Source of the DNA: Bilabrum cf. latius
Lineage: Eukaryota
Length of the DNA stretch: 64,000 nucleotides
NCBI GenBank assembly: GCA_965178125.1
Contig: OZ237770.1
Location: forward strand, 124,001-188,000
Direction of reading: 5' to 3'
Part shown: piece by piece, positions 52,001 to 64,000 of the stretch
Layout of the letters: each line of letters opens with the position of its first letter
How positions within the stretch are numbered: position 1 is the first letter of the stretch
Translations under genes and position numbers: made by a program
Notes under the pieces: generated by a model
Told to the model about the DNA's origin: nothing
Database searches by the model: none
What the model saw: the letters and a program-made list of their open reading frames with translations, nothing else

Positions 52001-52331
52001 AATCGGATGTGGCGCAGTCCCCGTGCTCCTCCGATTCAGCTGCCTCCAGAGGACTCATTTCTCATTCCCCGTCCTCCACCTCGCCCGTCATCTCCAGCCC
52101 ACCCGCCAGATTGCCCAGCCTCAGCAGCGAGGCGCAGCTCCATGGGACCGCCCCTTAGTCTAGTGCACATCATCGGGTGCAATGCAATGCAATGCAATGC
52201 AAACACCATCGCTACGCACTACTCGACCACTGCCGGGCTTTGGGCTGTAGTCCAGCCGCCGCCCCTCCTCGCCAGAAGCACCTCAATCCACCCGACCCTT
52301 CTCCCCCTCCCAAAGGCCCCCCCCCTCCCTC

Positions 52332-54230
52332 TCACGAGAGGCTCCTGACCTTGTACACGCCAGGGAGGCCCATGTCGTCCAGCAGGTCGATCAGCTGCCT
52401 CCTGTCGCCCTTGAGAGCAGCCGCACCCGGCACATCGATCACCTTATGCCTCCCAGTCTTGAAAGTAACGAGCACCCTCAGGCCTCCCTTGGGAATCGGG
52501 CCCATGCGAGCCGCGATGTCCGCGACACCCGGCGGCAGCGGCAGTTCATCCACCCCCGCGCCCCCTTTGCCCGTGGCACCCCCACTCGCCACACTCGTCA
52601 CACCACCACCGGTCGTCCTCTCGCCGTCCCTGTCCCGGAGCGCTGTTCCCTCGATGTCTCCGTCCCCGTCCGCGTCCACCTTCCAGGCTCGCTCGACCAT
52701 CTCGACAAAGTAGTAGTCGTCGTCCACGCTCGCGCTCACGTCCTCGAAATAGGTCCGGAACTCGTCCCGTGTGACGATCCCGTCTGCCTTGTGGGTGTCC
52801 CACTGTGCAAGGAAGGTCTTGAGCGCCTCCTCCCCCGTCATCTTGCCCTGCTTCACCTCAGGCATCATGGAAGCGTCGTAGTGGCCGGCGATGTCGGCCA
52901 TGGTCACATGCCCGCTGCCGTCCTTGTCCAGAGCGTCGTACGCTAGATCGATGGCCCGTAGTCGGGCATCTGACATGGGCCCGCGGAGACCCGCCAGGAA
53001 CTCGGAATAAGAAACCACCCCGTCGCCGTCGTGGTCAAAGGCGCCCAGCAGCACGTCGTACTCCTCGTCAGAGAGCCTCACCCCCTGGTCAAAGAGGCCC
53101 CACTTGAGGTCTTCTCTTGATAGCTTCCCGTCCCTGCCGTCGTCCATGATGCGGAACTTTTTGCCGATGGCTCGGATGGAGAGGGTGCCTCTGGAGGTCA
53201 TCTGCTTGCGGGCCATTGCGAGCAGGGCATCGGCGGTGACTGGCTTGAGGTCCCGGTCGTCTCTCGCAGCCTCGGGTGTACTAGCGAGCTGAAAGTGCCA
53301 GCGGTTCTGCTCCTTGGCCGGTCGGGGCCTGCCTGCCTCCACGATTCCCACCGGCTGGTGGGACTTGGCGTGCACCTCCAGCTCGGGCCCGAACTCGCCC
53401 ATGCTCTTGTCGCTGAGGAGACAAGCGAGCGGGATGTTGGTGGCGCAGTGAGTTAGAACAAAGGGCTTCCCCGCCTCCACCTCAAGTCCCGTTTCCACAT
53501 CCCTGTCCGCGCCCACGCCTTCCACCCTCCACTGGGCCAGACGGGGGGAAGGGGTCATCACGAAGGTAACTTCCTGCCGCTTGCCCCTCCCGTGTCCCAG
53601 CACAGCATCCGCAGGTTCAGAGCACAGGAAATAGGGCGCGCCCACCATGCCAGTGGCGGCGTCCACACGGAGAGCGGGGTCGGTGGCCAGGCACACCTTG
53701 TCCCCGTACCGGAGAATGTCGCCGACTCCACCGTCGCCAGCCGATGAACATCCACGGGCAGCTGCTCCCCCACTGGCAGCGCCCGCCTTCGGCAGCGTGC
53801 TGCCAAGCGCGGCCTCCGTTGATCGGACAGCTGCAGCCGGCACGACGTGGATGATGCTCCGAGCAGTTGCCTCGGGCTGGGGAACCGCGATGGCCGGGAC
53901 CGTCTTCTTGGTCTTATCTCTAGAATCGTGCACGTTGGACGCGATGCGAAACGTTTCTGTTCTGCCGTCCGAATTGGTGAGCGTGACTGCGAGCTGGACG
54001 GCATCACCGAAGCGAACCGAGCCATCCGAGCTGTAGCTGTGGGGCACCTGTTGCAGCTGAATCGCCTTCTATCGCTCCCTTTGCTTTATCAATAGCCGGC
54101 CGCGCTGCTTCTTCAGCTCGAAATCGCCAGCGATCGCGGCCTCCGCGCTCTAGTCCTCCGACCAGTTTCCAAGAAGCACCCCCCGCGAGTACTTGGCGCC
54201 ACCAGACAGCTGCTGCGGAGTGAAAAGCAT
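52332..54230 (-). CDS. CFAP161: CFAP161-like ciliary protein fused to a calcyphosin-like EF-hand domain
   Basis: MLFTPQQLSGGAKYSRGVLLGNWSED-TAG-..DFELKKQRGRLLI..R-TAG-..SSDGSVRFGDAVQL, LRYGDKVCL, LTHCATNIPLA, FGPELEV and QNRW; then FRIMDDGRDGKLS, FDHDGDGVVSYSEF, LDKDGSGHVT and DGIVTRDEF. TAG at 54150 and 54069. Ends TGA. Confidence 0.8.
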
Positions 54231-54759
54231 AACGGATCAATGTATTTTGCCTTTGACTGCGTGCGATGGACTAGTGTCCTTAGAGACCGAAAGGATGGCC
54301 CCGCGCGGGATCGATCCGTTGCCGATGAGAGTGTCGCCGCGCAATTTCCAACGCCAAGTTCCGCAATTCAGATGTAACGCGTTGTTTACACGGATTTTCT
54401 GAGTTTTGCTGCCAGAGGGCCCAGCTGGCACAAGTCCTGGACTGTACGGCTAACCGCGGGGTTCTACCTGAATCCGCAATTGTTTGGGTTAATATAGGCT
54501 CGGTTCAGATCATTGCAGCAGTCGCTTCGCTCCGTTGAACGACTGCATCGAATCTTGCAAGCCACTGAAGCCGTCCGAGCCCCAGCCAGGATCTCGTGCG
54601 AGCGTTGTGTGAAAGCAGGTTGCATTGGAAGGTGGTGCAGAGGAATTGTGTGCACATTTTCACCTGTTTGTAGCTGGGCTTCGCTTGAAACTAGTGATTG
54701 CCGCGTTTGCTCGTGCTTTCAGTGAGAGGCTCGTCACTCGGACTTGAATCGATAGCGGT

Positions 54760-57700
54760 ATGGCAGGCAACAATCCGTTCATGGCACGCCCAGGCGCGCC
54801 TCAGGGTGGCGGAAGACCACCCGCCACATTCGGTGCGCGGCCGGGTCAGCCTTTCGGCGGGGGTGCCCCACCGAGAGGACCAGCCAGTTTCGGTGGCCGA
54901 CCGCCGCAGGCACCCATGGGCGGCGGCCCCCCGACGGGCGCGTTCGGTGGAGTGTCTGCCGGAAGCAGTAGTGCCGGCGGGCCGCCGACTTCGTTTGGAA
55001 ACAACGTGGGTGGGGGGCCCGGGGCCGGCCCGCCCACCGGTTTCGGGGGCGGAGGGCCGCCCGTGTCAGGCGGATTTGGAGCCGGAAACGGTGGACCGCC
55101 CATGTCCATGGGAGGCGGTCGCCCGGGACAGCCCCCACCGATGAGCATGGGCGGAGGCGGGCCCGGTAACGCGAATGGCCCGCCTGTGTCGTAGGGCGGG
55201 GGGCCAGGAGCCGGCGGAGGTTCGGTGGCGTTCATGAACCCCCACCAGCCGGGTGGGCCCCGCCCGGGCATGGGTGTGCCGGGGGGCAACATGCCCGCGG
55301 CATTCGCCGGGGGTCAAAACTAGCCGTTGAGCGGGCAGGCCGGGATCCGGGGGCGGCCGGGCGCTCCCGGCGGTGGGGCCATGACCGCTGCGCTAGGGGT
55401 CTCCGGGCCCAAGGAGCCCCTAGCCCAGGTGGACGAGGACGCCAACTGCGACCCTGCCTACATGCAGCTAACCACGGGCGTGATACCATCTTCCGCGCAG
55501 CTGGCTGCGTCCACCGGGATACCCCTGGGAGCCTGCATCCATCCACTCGCTGACCTCCCAGGGATGCCGGAGCTGCCCACTGTGGACTTTGGTGCCTCAG
55601 GGGTGGTCCGCTGCAAGGCTTGCCGGGCGTACGTAAATCCATTCGTGGAATGGCTGGAGAACGGCCGCATGTGGAAGTGCAACATATGCGGGGTGATCAA
55701 CGAGACCACGGCCAGCTACTATTGCGGCCTCGACGGCAACGGTCAGAGGCTGGACAGGAACGACAGGGCTGAGCTGTGCAGGGGAAGTGTCGAGATCATC
55801 GCGCCGGTGGAGTACATGGTGCGGTCCCCGCAGCCACCCGCGTTCACGTTCCTCTTTGACGTGTCCTACCAGGCAATCGAATCGGGCCTGCTGCGAGCGG
55901 CGTGCGCCTCGGTCAAGGAGCAGCTCACGAGCCTTCCCGGCGGGGACAGGACGCTCGTGTGCTTCATGACGTTTTCCAATAGCGTGCAGTTTTACCGGAT
56001 CCGACGGGATCGGGAGAAGGCTGCGATGCTGGAAGTGCCTGACGTGGACGATATGATGCTGCCCACACCGGAGGACCTGCTCGTCACACGGACCGAGTGC
56101 ATCGCGCAGATCGACGCGCTGCTCGAGGCGCTCCCCGAGATGCACGCAGGGAACAAATCCACGGACGTGTGCCTGGGCCCAGCCCTGGAGGCCAGCTACG
56201 AGGTGATCAACGCGGTGGGAGGGAAGGTGATCGTGTTCCTCAGCTCGCTGCCCACCAAGGGCAAGGGCAAGCTCAAGCAGAGGGCCGCGCCGAGGATGCT
56301 GGGGGGCGCGGAGGAGCACAAGCTCATGTCTCCCGAGGAGACGCCGGAAGGCCTCTATTACCGCCAGCTCGCAATGGAGATCAGCAGGCAGCAGATCAGC
56401 GTCGACGTGTTCTGCGCCTCGAAGGGGTACTGTGACCTGGCAGCCGTGGGCGCGGTGAGCCGATTCACGTCGGGGCAGGTGTTCTACTACCCGGGCTTTG
56501 ACGCCTCCGTGGACGGCGAGCGGCTGCGGCATGACATCGGGCATGACCTCACCCGTCGCACGGTCTGGGAGTCCGTCATGCGGGTCCGTTGTTCCTCGGG
56601 GATGCACGTCCAGAATTTCTACGGGAGCTTCTTCATCCGCGGTCAGGACCTCCTCACGATGCCGACCGCCAACTCGGACACGGCCTTCACCATCGACCTG
56701 CACCACACCAACTCGCTCGCTCCCGGGTCGACCATCGTGCTGCAGGCCGCGCTGCTGTACACTTCCTCGGATGGGGAGCGCCGCATCAACGTGCACACCC
56801 TCTGCGTGCCGGTTGCAACCTCCCAGCGGGACATCTTCGCCACTGCGGACAGCGACCAGGTGGCCAACATGCTGAGCAAGAAGGCCCTCGACCAGCTGCT
56901 GCGGGAAGGTATCCCTCGGGCGAGGCAGTCGGTGCACCAGCAGGTGGTGGCGCTGGTGCGGTCGTGGACCAACTTCAGGAAGAAAAGGCAGGCGGCGAAG
57001 GAGGCCAGGGAACAAGCGCAGCAGCAGAGCGGGCAGGGGCCAAGCGCGGAGCATTCGGAGCTGGATGACGAGGACGACGAGGACCAGCAGCTGTCGGACG
57101 GGACGGCCCTCGGGCTGAGAGAGAACATCCAGCTGCTGCCCCTGTACTGCCTCGCGATGCAGAAGTGCCCCTTGTTCAGGGGAGGCACTGACGTGCCCCC
57201 GGACTACCGCTCCTCGCTCGTGTACAGGTCGCTCTGCATGCCAACCGTCATGGCCACCACCTTCTTCTACCCCCGGATGTTTGCGCTCCACTCAATGCCT
57301 GCCGAGGCGGGGACGGCATTGAGCGACGAGGAGATGGACAAGCTTGAGGAACAAGGGGAGGACCCTAACGCGGCGGGGTTCGGGAACGTTCGTCTGCCCC
57401 CCCCCGTGTCGCTGTCAGCCGCACACCTGGATTCCAAGGGGGTGTATCTTCTCGAGGACTCAACGGACATGTTCGTGTGGTTTGGGAAGGACTGCCCGGG
57501 CCCCCTCATGCGCGAGTTCCTGGGCATTGAGAGCCTCAAGGGCATCGACACGGGGTCGGCCCCGTTCCCCCAGGTGGACTCGGACAAGTCGAGGAGGACG
57601 CACGCAATCATCGCCGCGCTGGTGGAAACATACGCCCAGGAGCCCACGATCAGGGTAGTGTACCAGTCGGCGGGAGACGAACTCGAGCGAAGGTTCGCTT

Positions 57701-58284
57701 GGCGACTGGTGGAGGACCAGCAGCAGTTCAGGGGCGGCTCCATGGCCTACCCCAGCTACGTGGATGTGGTGAGCAAGGAGGCGGCGGGGGGGCCCAAGCT
57801 GCCCGGGGGGCCCGGCGCGAGTGGTGGTCCCCCACCTGCCCTGGGGGGACCCCCCCCAGCTGGTGGGGGCCCGGGGGGTCGACCCCCTGCCATGAAGCAG
57901 CAGCTGCCGGGGGCCCGGCCGGGTATGATGCCGCCGTCGAGCCAACCCGGGGGCATGATGATGCCACCTGGGTCCACAGCCGGCATGGGCATGGGCATGG
58001 GTGCCAGGCCTGGGCATGGCGGGCCGCCCCCGGGAGTGTCCCAGGGGTTCGGAGCCGGAAATGGCATGGCCCGGCCGGGTGTCCCCATGGGCGGGCGGCC
58101 CGGGTTTGCAGGCGGGGCTTTTGGCGGCGTGCCGGGCGGTGGACCACCACCGAGCGCAAGTGGTGGACTGGGGGGTCCCCCTCGGCCCATGGGAATGCCA
58201 GGAGGAGGCGGCATGGGGGCCCCACCGAGGGGTCCTGGAGGGTTCGGGGGTGGGGGGTTCGGGGGAGCGATGCCCGGGCAGTGA
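54760..58284 (+). CDS. SEC24: COPII cargo adaptor Sec24 with Gly/Pro-rich N- and C-terminal extensions
   Basis: Zinc finger RCKACRAYVNPF..WKCNICG, EYMVRSPQPPAFTFLFDVS, trunk domain, ESVMRVRCSSG, QAALLYTSSDGERRINVHT, YPRMFALH and gelsolin-like region. The N-terminal ORF 54760 joins in frame via TAG 55192 and 55321. Ends TGA. Confidence 0.95.
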
Positions 58285-59759
58285 CCGAGTTGTGGGTTTT
58301 GTCCCAGCGAGTTCAAGTAATGGAATGTAAAGCAAACGGAAATCATGCGAAAATGATTGATTCACAACGAATGTACTCCTTGTGACTTGCGGCGGAGTCA
58401 GCGACTCGAAATGCCGACATGGTGAAACTCACCGGCGGCAGTTCTGGCAGCTGCGGCTCGGATGGTCGCAGACTGGTCGGCCATAATCGGCAATGAGATT
58501 GATGAGCGCGCAGCTCCACTCAATTCAATGGGATCTTGCGTGTTGATGAGAGATGCGAGCTACGTAGAATGTGAGCGTTATCCTTCAGTTATATGTATGG
58601 TACAATTAGAAAGCATGGATTGCGGTGCGATCAGCAAGGAGCCCACTTGGCAAGGACGCTGATCCTGGAGTGAATAGAATGCGTGCAGCGCAAGCCGTAT
58701 CTTTCGGAGCGGCGAACGTATGTGTTGGGCTTTATCTTTTTACTGCTGTTCGTGCCCTGAAAAAGCTTGTATGTAGTCCACCAGGGGGATTGCTTCATTT
58801 TCTGTTGGTATCCTCCAATCACTTCACAATTGACTTCGATTTATGTTTTGGCAACCGACTATGATTGTTTACCAGCATCAAATGCTTTTTAATTGAATAT
58901 TATCTGAACCATCCGTTTTTGCAGCAGCTTCATTGGCGATAGAGAGCAGAATCGCCTGTCAGCAGCCGGACAACCAGCCTGAGCCGGTGAGCGCATCACA
59001 GTGTGACAACGCGGTTTTGTCGATCGCAGTGCTGCCTCTCAACGCCCTTGCTTTCAACACATTCCGTTCTCTATTACGATTAGGATGGATCAATGGGCTG
59101 CGCTTACAGGCATCATGCTGATCGTAACTTCAAAGCATCCGTATGGCGCCGTGAGGAGATGCCTGCGAGGATGCTGCTGTGCAAGAACTCTTTGACTTCG
59201 AGACGCGCGTGGGTGCAAAAATCCCGGTGGGCAGAGCATGGAGATGGCAGTGAAGGAGAGGAGGATGATTGTACAGGCTCGCTCTCATCGACAGAACAAA
59301 TATCGCTCCTTCCGACTCCTCCAAGCGAGCGGTCGAGAACAGGTCGTACTGTAAATCATCACCCAAGATGTATTGAGTCCGCCAATACGCCAAAGCAGCC
59401 ACATTCGGATGTTTAGTGTATGGTAGGGCGTCGCAGAAGGAAGTTTCCCAAGATGCTTCGCGCTACTATGACGGGTAGACCAACGACAGCACGGCATCTG
59501 TGCAACTTGTAGTAGGCAGGTGCCCCTCCCTCGCGGGTGGCCAAGTCTGGGGCGAGCAGCAGGCCAGCTGAGCGAGTACGAAGTAGGTGGATTTTACACT
59601 CACGAGAAGAGTAATGAATGGTGCCGCTCACCAGCCCGAGATTGCGAGTGGCATTAGTGAAGTCGCGCGCGGGGGCGAGAGAGGCGGAAAATGTGAACAA
59701 GGTGGATATACTAATAGGGTAGAAGTATCAGGATCCACAAAGAGGGAATGCACATGGAA

Positions 59760-60190
59760 AAGGGGGCGGCGGGACCCACACGATTGCGGGGTTGGTACCA
59801 CAGCCAGCCAGCCATCCAGCCATGAAGCAGCAGCTGCCGGGGCCGCGGCCGGCCATCGCATGTTGCCACCACTGGCAAGCCCGTCCGGTGCCGGAATGGG
59901 CATGCTGCATGGGCATGGGATCGGACCTGATATGGGCCCACGGTGAGGCACCGGGCCGGGCCACTGCATGGGGTGCGAGGCCCATGTCCTAGGGACATGC
60001 CGGGTGCCCGACCCAGGTGTGGAAGTAGTGCCTTGGGGGGCGGCATCGTGTGCCCGGAAGAGACCCACCTCCTTCAGGCGGGGGTGCACTTGGGAGCCCA
60101 TCAAGGCTAATGAGGAGACTGGGGGGAGTTGGTATGGGGTCCGCCAAAGGGGCAGGGAGGGTTCGGGGCGGGGCTGGTGGGTTTGGCAAC
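59760..60190 (+). pseudogene. Degenerate partial duplicate of the Sec24 3' low-complexity tail
   Basis: Exact 24-nt match GCCATGAAGCAGCAGCTGCCGGGG at 57889-57912 and 59819-59842, followed by loosely collinear frameshifted similarity. Boundaries approximate. Confidence 0.55.
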
Positions 60191-61648
60191 GCTCGGCCCG
60201 CGCAGCGTGGGGTGCTGCTAGTCGCGGCTTGGAGAGTTGACTAGTCTACGCCGTGGGAGAGACATTGCGGTTCAGTCGACTGTCTACCAAGGGTGTTTAG
60301 TATAGCCGCATCGCTGGTACGAGGGTGGCTTACTCCGATCCTGGATGGCTTGGATTGCTGCCAGCAGCACGGTGGTCGCAAGATTGTCGGTCTGGCTTCC
60401 CCAAGGAAAATATGCAAAATTGATCACAACCCTGTCTGTATGGGGTCATGCTTCTCTACACAGAAGGAGTGTCTGCAATAGCGTGAGCTGCTTAGTTTAA
60501 ATCACGCTAAAATGAAAGGAGGTGTCGGTCATGGCGCGATCTGTGCATTGCTTGGTGTTCGGCTTGGAAGCCGCTTGCATTGCATCATCCGATTCGATAG
60601 ACAGGACCTCTCATGATAGAAGCTGGCTCGTACTTTTTGACGTAAATCTGCAACATGTGATCATTTAGCTCCGATAGTTCATAGGATGTACCTACTAGAC
60701 TAGAAGTGGCTTCCCTTGTCTCACTTCACTTCACACTTCTAACGAATTGCAAATCACGCGTTTCTCACCTTCTCTCCTATATGGACTATCCCTAGATCCC
60801 CATCTTCGTACGGCTAGAGCAGATCAACTGGACGTAACCGCTGAAGGAGCCCATGCAGGGCAGACACCCGGGCAAGAGGTATGTAGGCTACGCTTTTTGG
60901 ACGATTCCAGCAAATGCCCTCTACCACCCAGCAGCAGCACGGCGCATGATAATTGTATTGTCGTTCAACCATTTCGATATTGCAGGTAGGGTTGGAATGT
61001 TGTGACCGTGCACATAGGCCTAGTTTGGGGCGGTGCCAGGAGGCGTAGGTGTGGCAGCGTGAAGAAGCATCCGGCAGGTTGCAAAAGAGAAAGTCAACTG
61101 CAAGGCGGGGAGGGTAGCTGATCCAGTCACGATGGACATAGCACTATGAGCATCAAGAAACGGACGATACTTCCCGGACCTGTTCTATTTCGGAGACGGA
61201 ACAGAGATTAATACGTCCAACGCCCGATTGGCAGGAATCTACTATATAGACAGAGCTTCAAACTCTCCGAGGCGCTGATACAGCCAATTTGCACGATGTG
61301 CCAATTGCACGAGCAGAATCCTGCGTTGTTGGATCGAGTTCGCCAGGTAGGACCCTTTTCCAGGCAGGTTAGACGACCAGGCGAGCTGTGACAGCGCACC
61401 AAAGCAAGCACAACATTACTTTTCTTAAGCCAGCTGCTCAAACTACATCTAGATGGAGGTACCATGAACGGGGGGATTAAAGTGGTCAGTATATCGGACA
61501 TAGGGTGCCGTTCATTAAGATCAGATCGGAACGCGTGACTGGCTTTTCATTACGCAGTACAGTATACATGAATGGCCAGGTGAGGCCCACACAAAAGAAA
61601 AACAGTGTTATGTCTGTAATCTATGCTAACACCATGCTAACACCCAGC

Positions 61649-62928
61649 TCAGCTTCCCTCCTCCGCCACGGCCTCGACCACAGCCTCGCCCTCCCCTTCA
61701 GCAGCAGCAGCAGTCTCCTCCGCCGCACTGCCAGCCGCCGCCTCCTCGGCCTGTTGTTCCCCAGCAGCTGCCTCCTCATTGGCGGCATGCGCCTCATCTG
61801 CCGCCCTCTCCTTCTCGTCCCCGCCCACCGCTGCGTCGCCATCTCCACCCGCGGCTGCACCACCGTTCGGTGCATCTGCCCCCCCAGCCGCCGCGGCGGC
61901 GTCATCTTCGGCGGGCGCATGGGCTGCTGGTGACCGGCTCTCGCCCTCGCCCTCCCGCCGCTCATCGGAAGCAGCGCCGCCGGTGGCGGCGGCGGGGGGC
62001 GCCCCGCGGTCGTCCCTCCTCGCACCACCGTGCGATGCACCTCCCGCACCGCGCGAGGGTCTGCTGACCGGGTCCAGCCGGATGGTGGCAGTCGCCCTGT
62101 GCCTGTTGGTGATCTCGCTCATGTCCAGCATGCGGAGTGCCCGCTCCATGCCGTCTCTGGAGAGGAAGTGCACCCGGGCCCGACCGTCCCCGATCACGTC
62201 GGCCTTGCCCACGTCTGCAGCCTGCCGCATGTGGTCTTTGACGTCCTGCGGGGTGTGACGAGTGATGGTGTGACGAGTGATAGTGTGACGAGCGCGCAGT
62301 CATGGGTCCGATGCATCGTGCATGGTGCGCAGGACTGCAAGGACAGCGCGAGGCACGCGTCCTCACCTGCCAGCTGGTGCCGTCTGGGATGCCAGTTACT
62401 TCCACGGTGAATCCAGTCTCGACGGCGGGGCTCCTCGCCGGCCTCTCACGCCCGGGCGGTCCCCGACGGTCGCCCCGATCGCCGCGATCGACGCGGTCGC
62501 GCGGGCCAGCTCCCTTGGCAAACTCCACGGTCACGCGCCTACCATCGAAGTTCACGCCGTGCCTCTCCCTGACTGCATCTGCGCACCCAATAAAAAATGC
62601 GGTTCGCATGAAGTAATGTTGGCATGAGGCCTGCTTGCGATCCATGGCAGTGCCTCCGAGTGGAAAGAAGTGGGCCCCTTTGACACTGCTGAAGAAGCAG
62701 TACCGCGACACAAATCCATAGGTATCGGATCAAAATCATGCAGCTATTGGACTTACCCTCCGCATCTCTAAGCTCGTCGAATGTCACAAAGGCAAACGCG
62801 ACGCCAGGCTGTCTGCGGTTGAGCTTCACGCTAATCGTGCGAATGGGTCCAAACTTTTCGAACATCCGGCCAAGCTCGTTCTCGCGAACATCATCAGGGA
62901 GATTTCCGACGAACAAACGGCCAGCCAT
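61649..62928 (-). CDS. SRSF1/SRSF9-like splicing factor (RRM plus pseudo-RRM); introns 62756-62579 and 62366-62246
   Basis: MAGRLFVGNLP..FAFVTFDELRDAE|DAVRERHGVNFDGRRVTVEFAKG, then SWQ|DVKDHMRQA (SWQDLKD signature). In-phase GT-AG introns. Ends TGA. Confidence 0.9.
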
Positions 62929-63444
62929 GGTAATTATTGAGCTCGTATGTGGCCAAAAGCATGCCTGTTTGGCAGACTGAGATTCTGAACTGGCACGCAA
63001 CAAACAGTCCGAGAGCGACCATATCAAATACAGTAGCCGCGCGGTCTGTTTATTCGTAGACCGCTCGCTGGCGACAATATTATTTTATATACTGCTGCTT
63101 AGCGGGTTCAGGCCTATCATAGTCGCTTGCTGCCGAGCAGTCGGCCGATTGATCCACACGGTCCACTCGGCAAAGGAATCAGCATATTTTCTGACTTGGC
63201 TTGATACCCGTAGCCACAGCAATACGAGGATATGAATCCTTCCACATTTGGTTAGCATCGTGGGGCCCGGGCTGGCGCTGGCCCTGGAAGTGGGCAGGAA
63301 TCGCAGGGTGGGACGCACCACGTTGGCGCGCGGCCTCGTCCAGGGGCACCCAATGGTGTCATGAGGGTGCAAGGGCTGGCTGGAAATTGGAGTTCAAACG
63401 GAGCAAGGCCCATACAGCCAGGCAGGCCAGGGCCGGGTTCTGCT

Positions 63445-64000
63445 ATGGCAGGCCAGTCCCAGAGCAACGCTGGCGGCAATACTGCTCGCCCCGCGGTCCT
63501 TGGCCAAGCAGCTTCTGGAGCGCGACCGCTGGCAGTTAGACCACCTGCATCGATGGGTGTATTTGGATCTGGAAGGCCGGCATCTGCAGGTGCATTCGGA
63601 GTTCGTGGCCTTCCGGGCTTGCCGGCTGCGAGCGGTGCTCGCCCGCGAGCAGTTGCCCCGGCATCGGCCCGGCCCAGCACTGCGCACTCGTCACACGGAT
63701 CGGTCACGGCACGGCCGGGCTCCATGCAGGGGTTCGGTCGCCCCGTTGGACTGTCGTTCGGCAGGCCTGGGCCCAGCACTGGCACTGGTACAAGCCCAGG
63801 CACAGGGTCGACTGGATTCGGGCAGGGCAAGGGCAAGGGCAAGGGCAAGGGGCAGGGCCGTGCTGACCCCCACGCGGGGCACGGCCCGAGACCGTCTGGC
63901 GCGCACTCGTCACAGCCAGTCCCGAGACCACACCAGCCGCAGTCCATTCGGCCCCCTCCACAGTCCCGGTCCCAGCCACCGACATAGGCATAGCAACCGA
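63445..64000 (+). CDS. 5' part of a Gly/Pro/Gln-rich protein running off the window
   Basis: MAGQSQSNAGG.. stays open to the window end if TAG is sense (PPQSRSQPPT-TAG-A-TAG-QP). Start could be 63361. Confidence 0.55.

Overview
This is a gene-dense, GC-rich window of a eukaryotic nuclear genome. It has GT-AG introns, Sec24, an SR-type splicing factor and a ciliary CFAP161 homologue, so it is most likely from a heterotrophic flagellate; a stramenopile/bicosoecid-like origin is an unverified impression. The main result is that the supplied ORF track uses the wrong genetic code. About 70 in-frame TAG codons (hand count) interrupt about 19 otherwise intact genes, including conserved cores of L-2-hydroxyglutarate dehydrogenase, MTHFR, an Ldh_2 dehydrogenase, CFAP161, ankyrin repeats and a GHL15-like hydrolase. 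Every reconstructed gene with a visible end stops at TGA or TAA, and none contains an internal TAA. TAG is therefore a sense codon, most likely Gln, while TAA remains a stop. Separately, the 12-mer CACTCGTCACAC occurs at least 16 times exactly and about 15 times with one mismatch, on both strands, in five reading frames and in an intron, which points to a DNA-level signal embedded in genes. A second motif, CCGGTTGCAACC, occurs 6 times. Other points: a PINK1-like kinase, an inverted pair of probable pseudokinases, a cluster of likely lysosomal/food-vacuole genes, domain fusions and a decayed retrotransposon endonuclease fragment. All family calls come from motifs recognised by eye; no searches were run.
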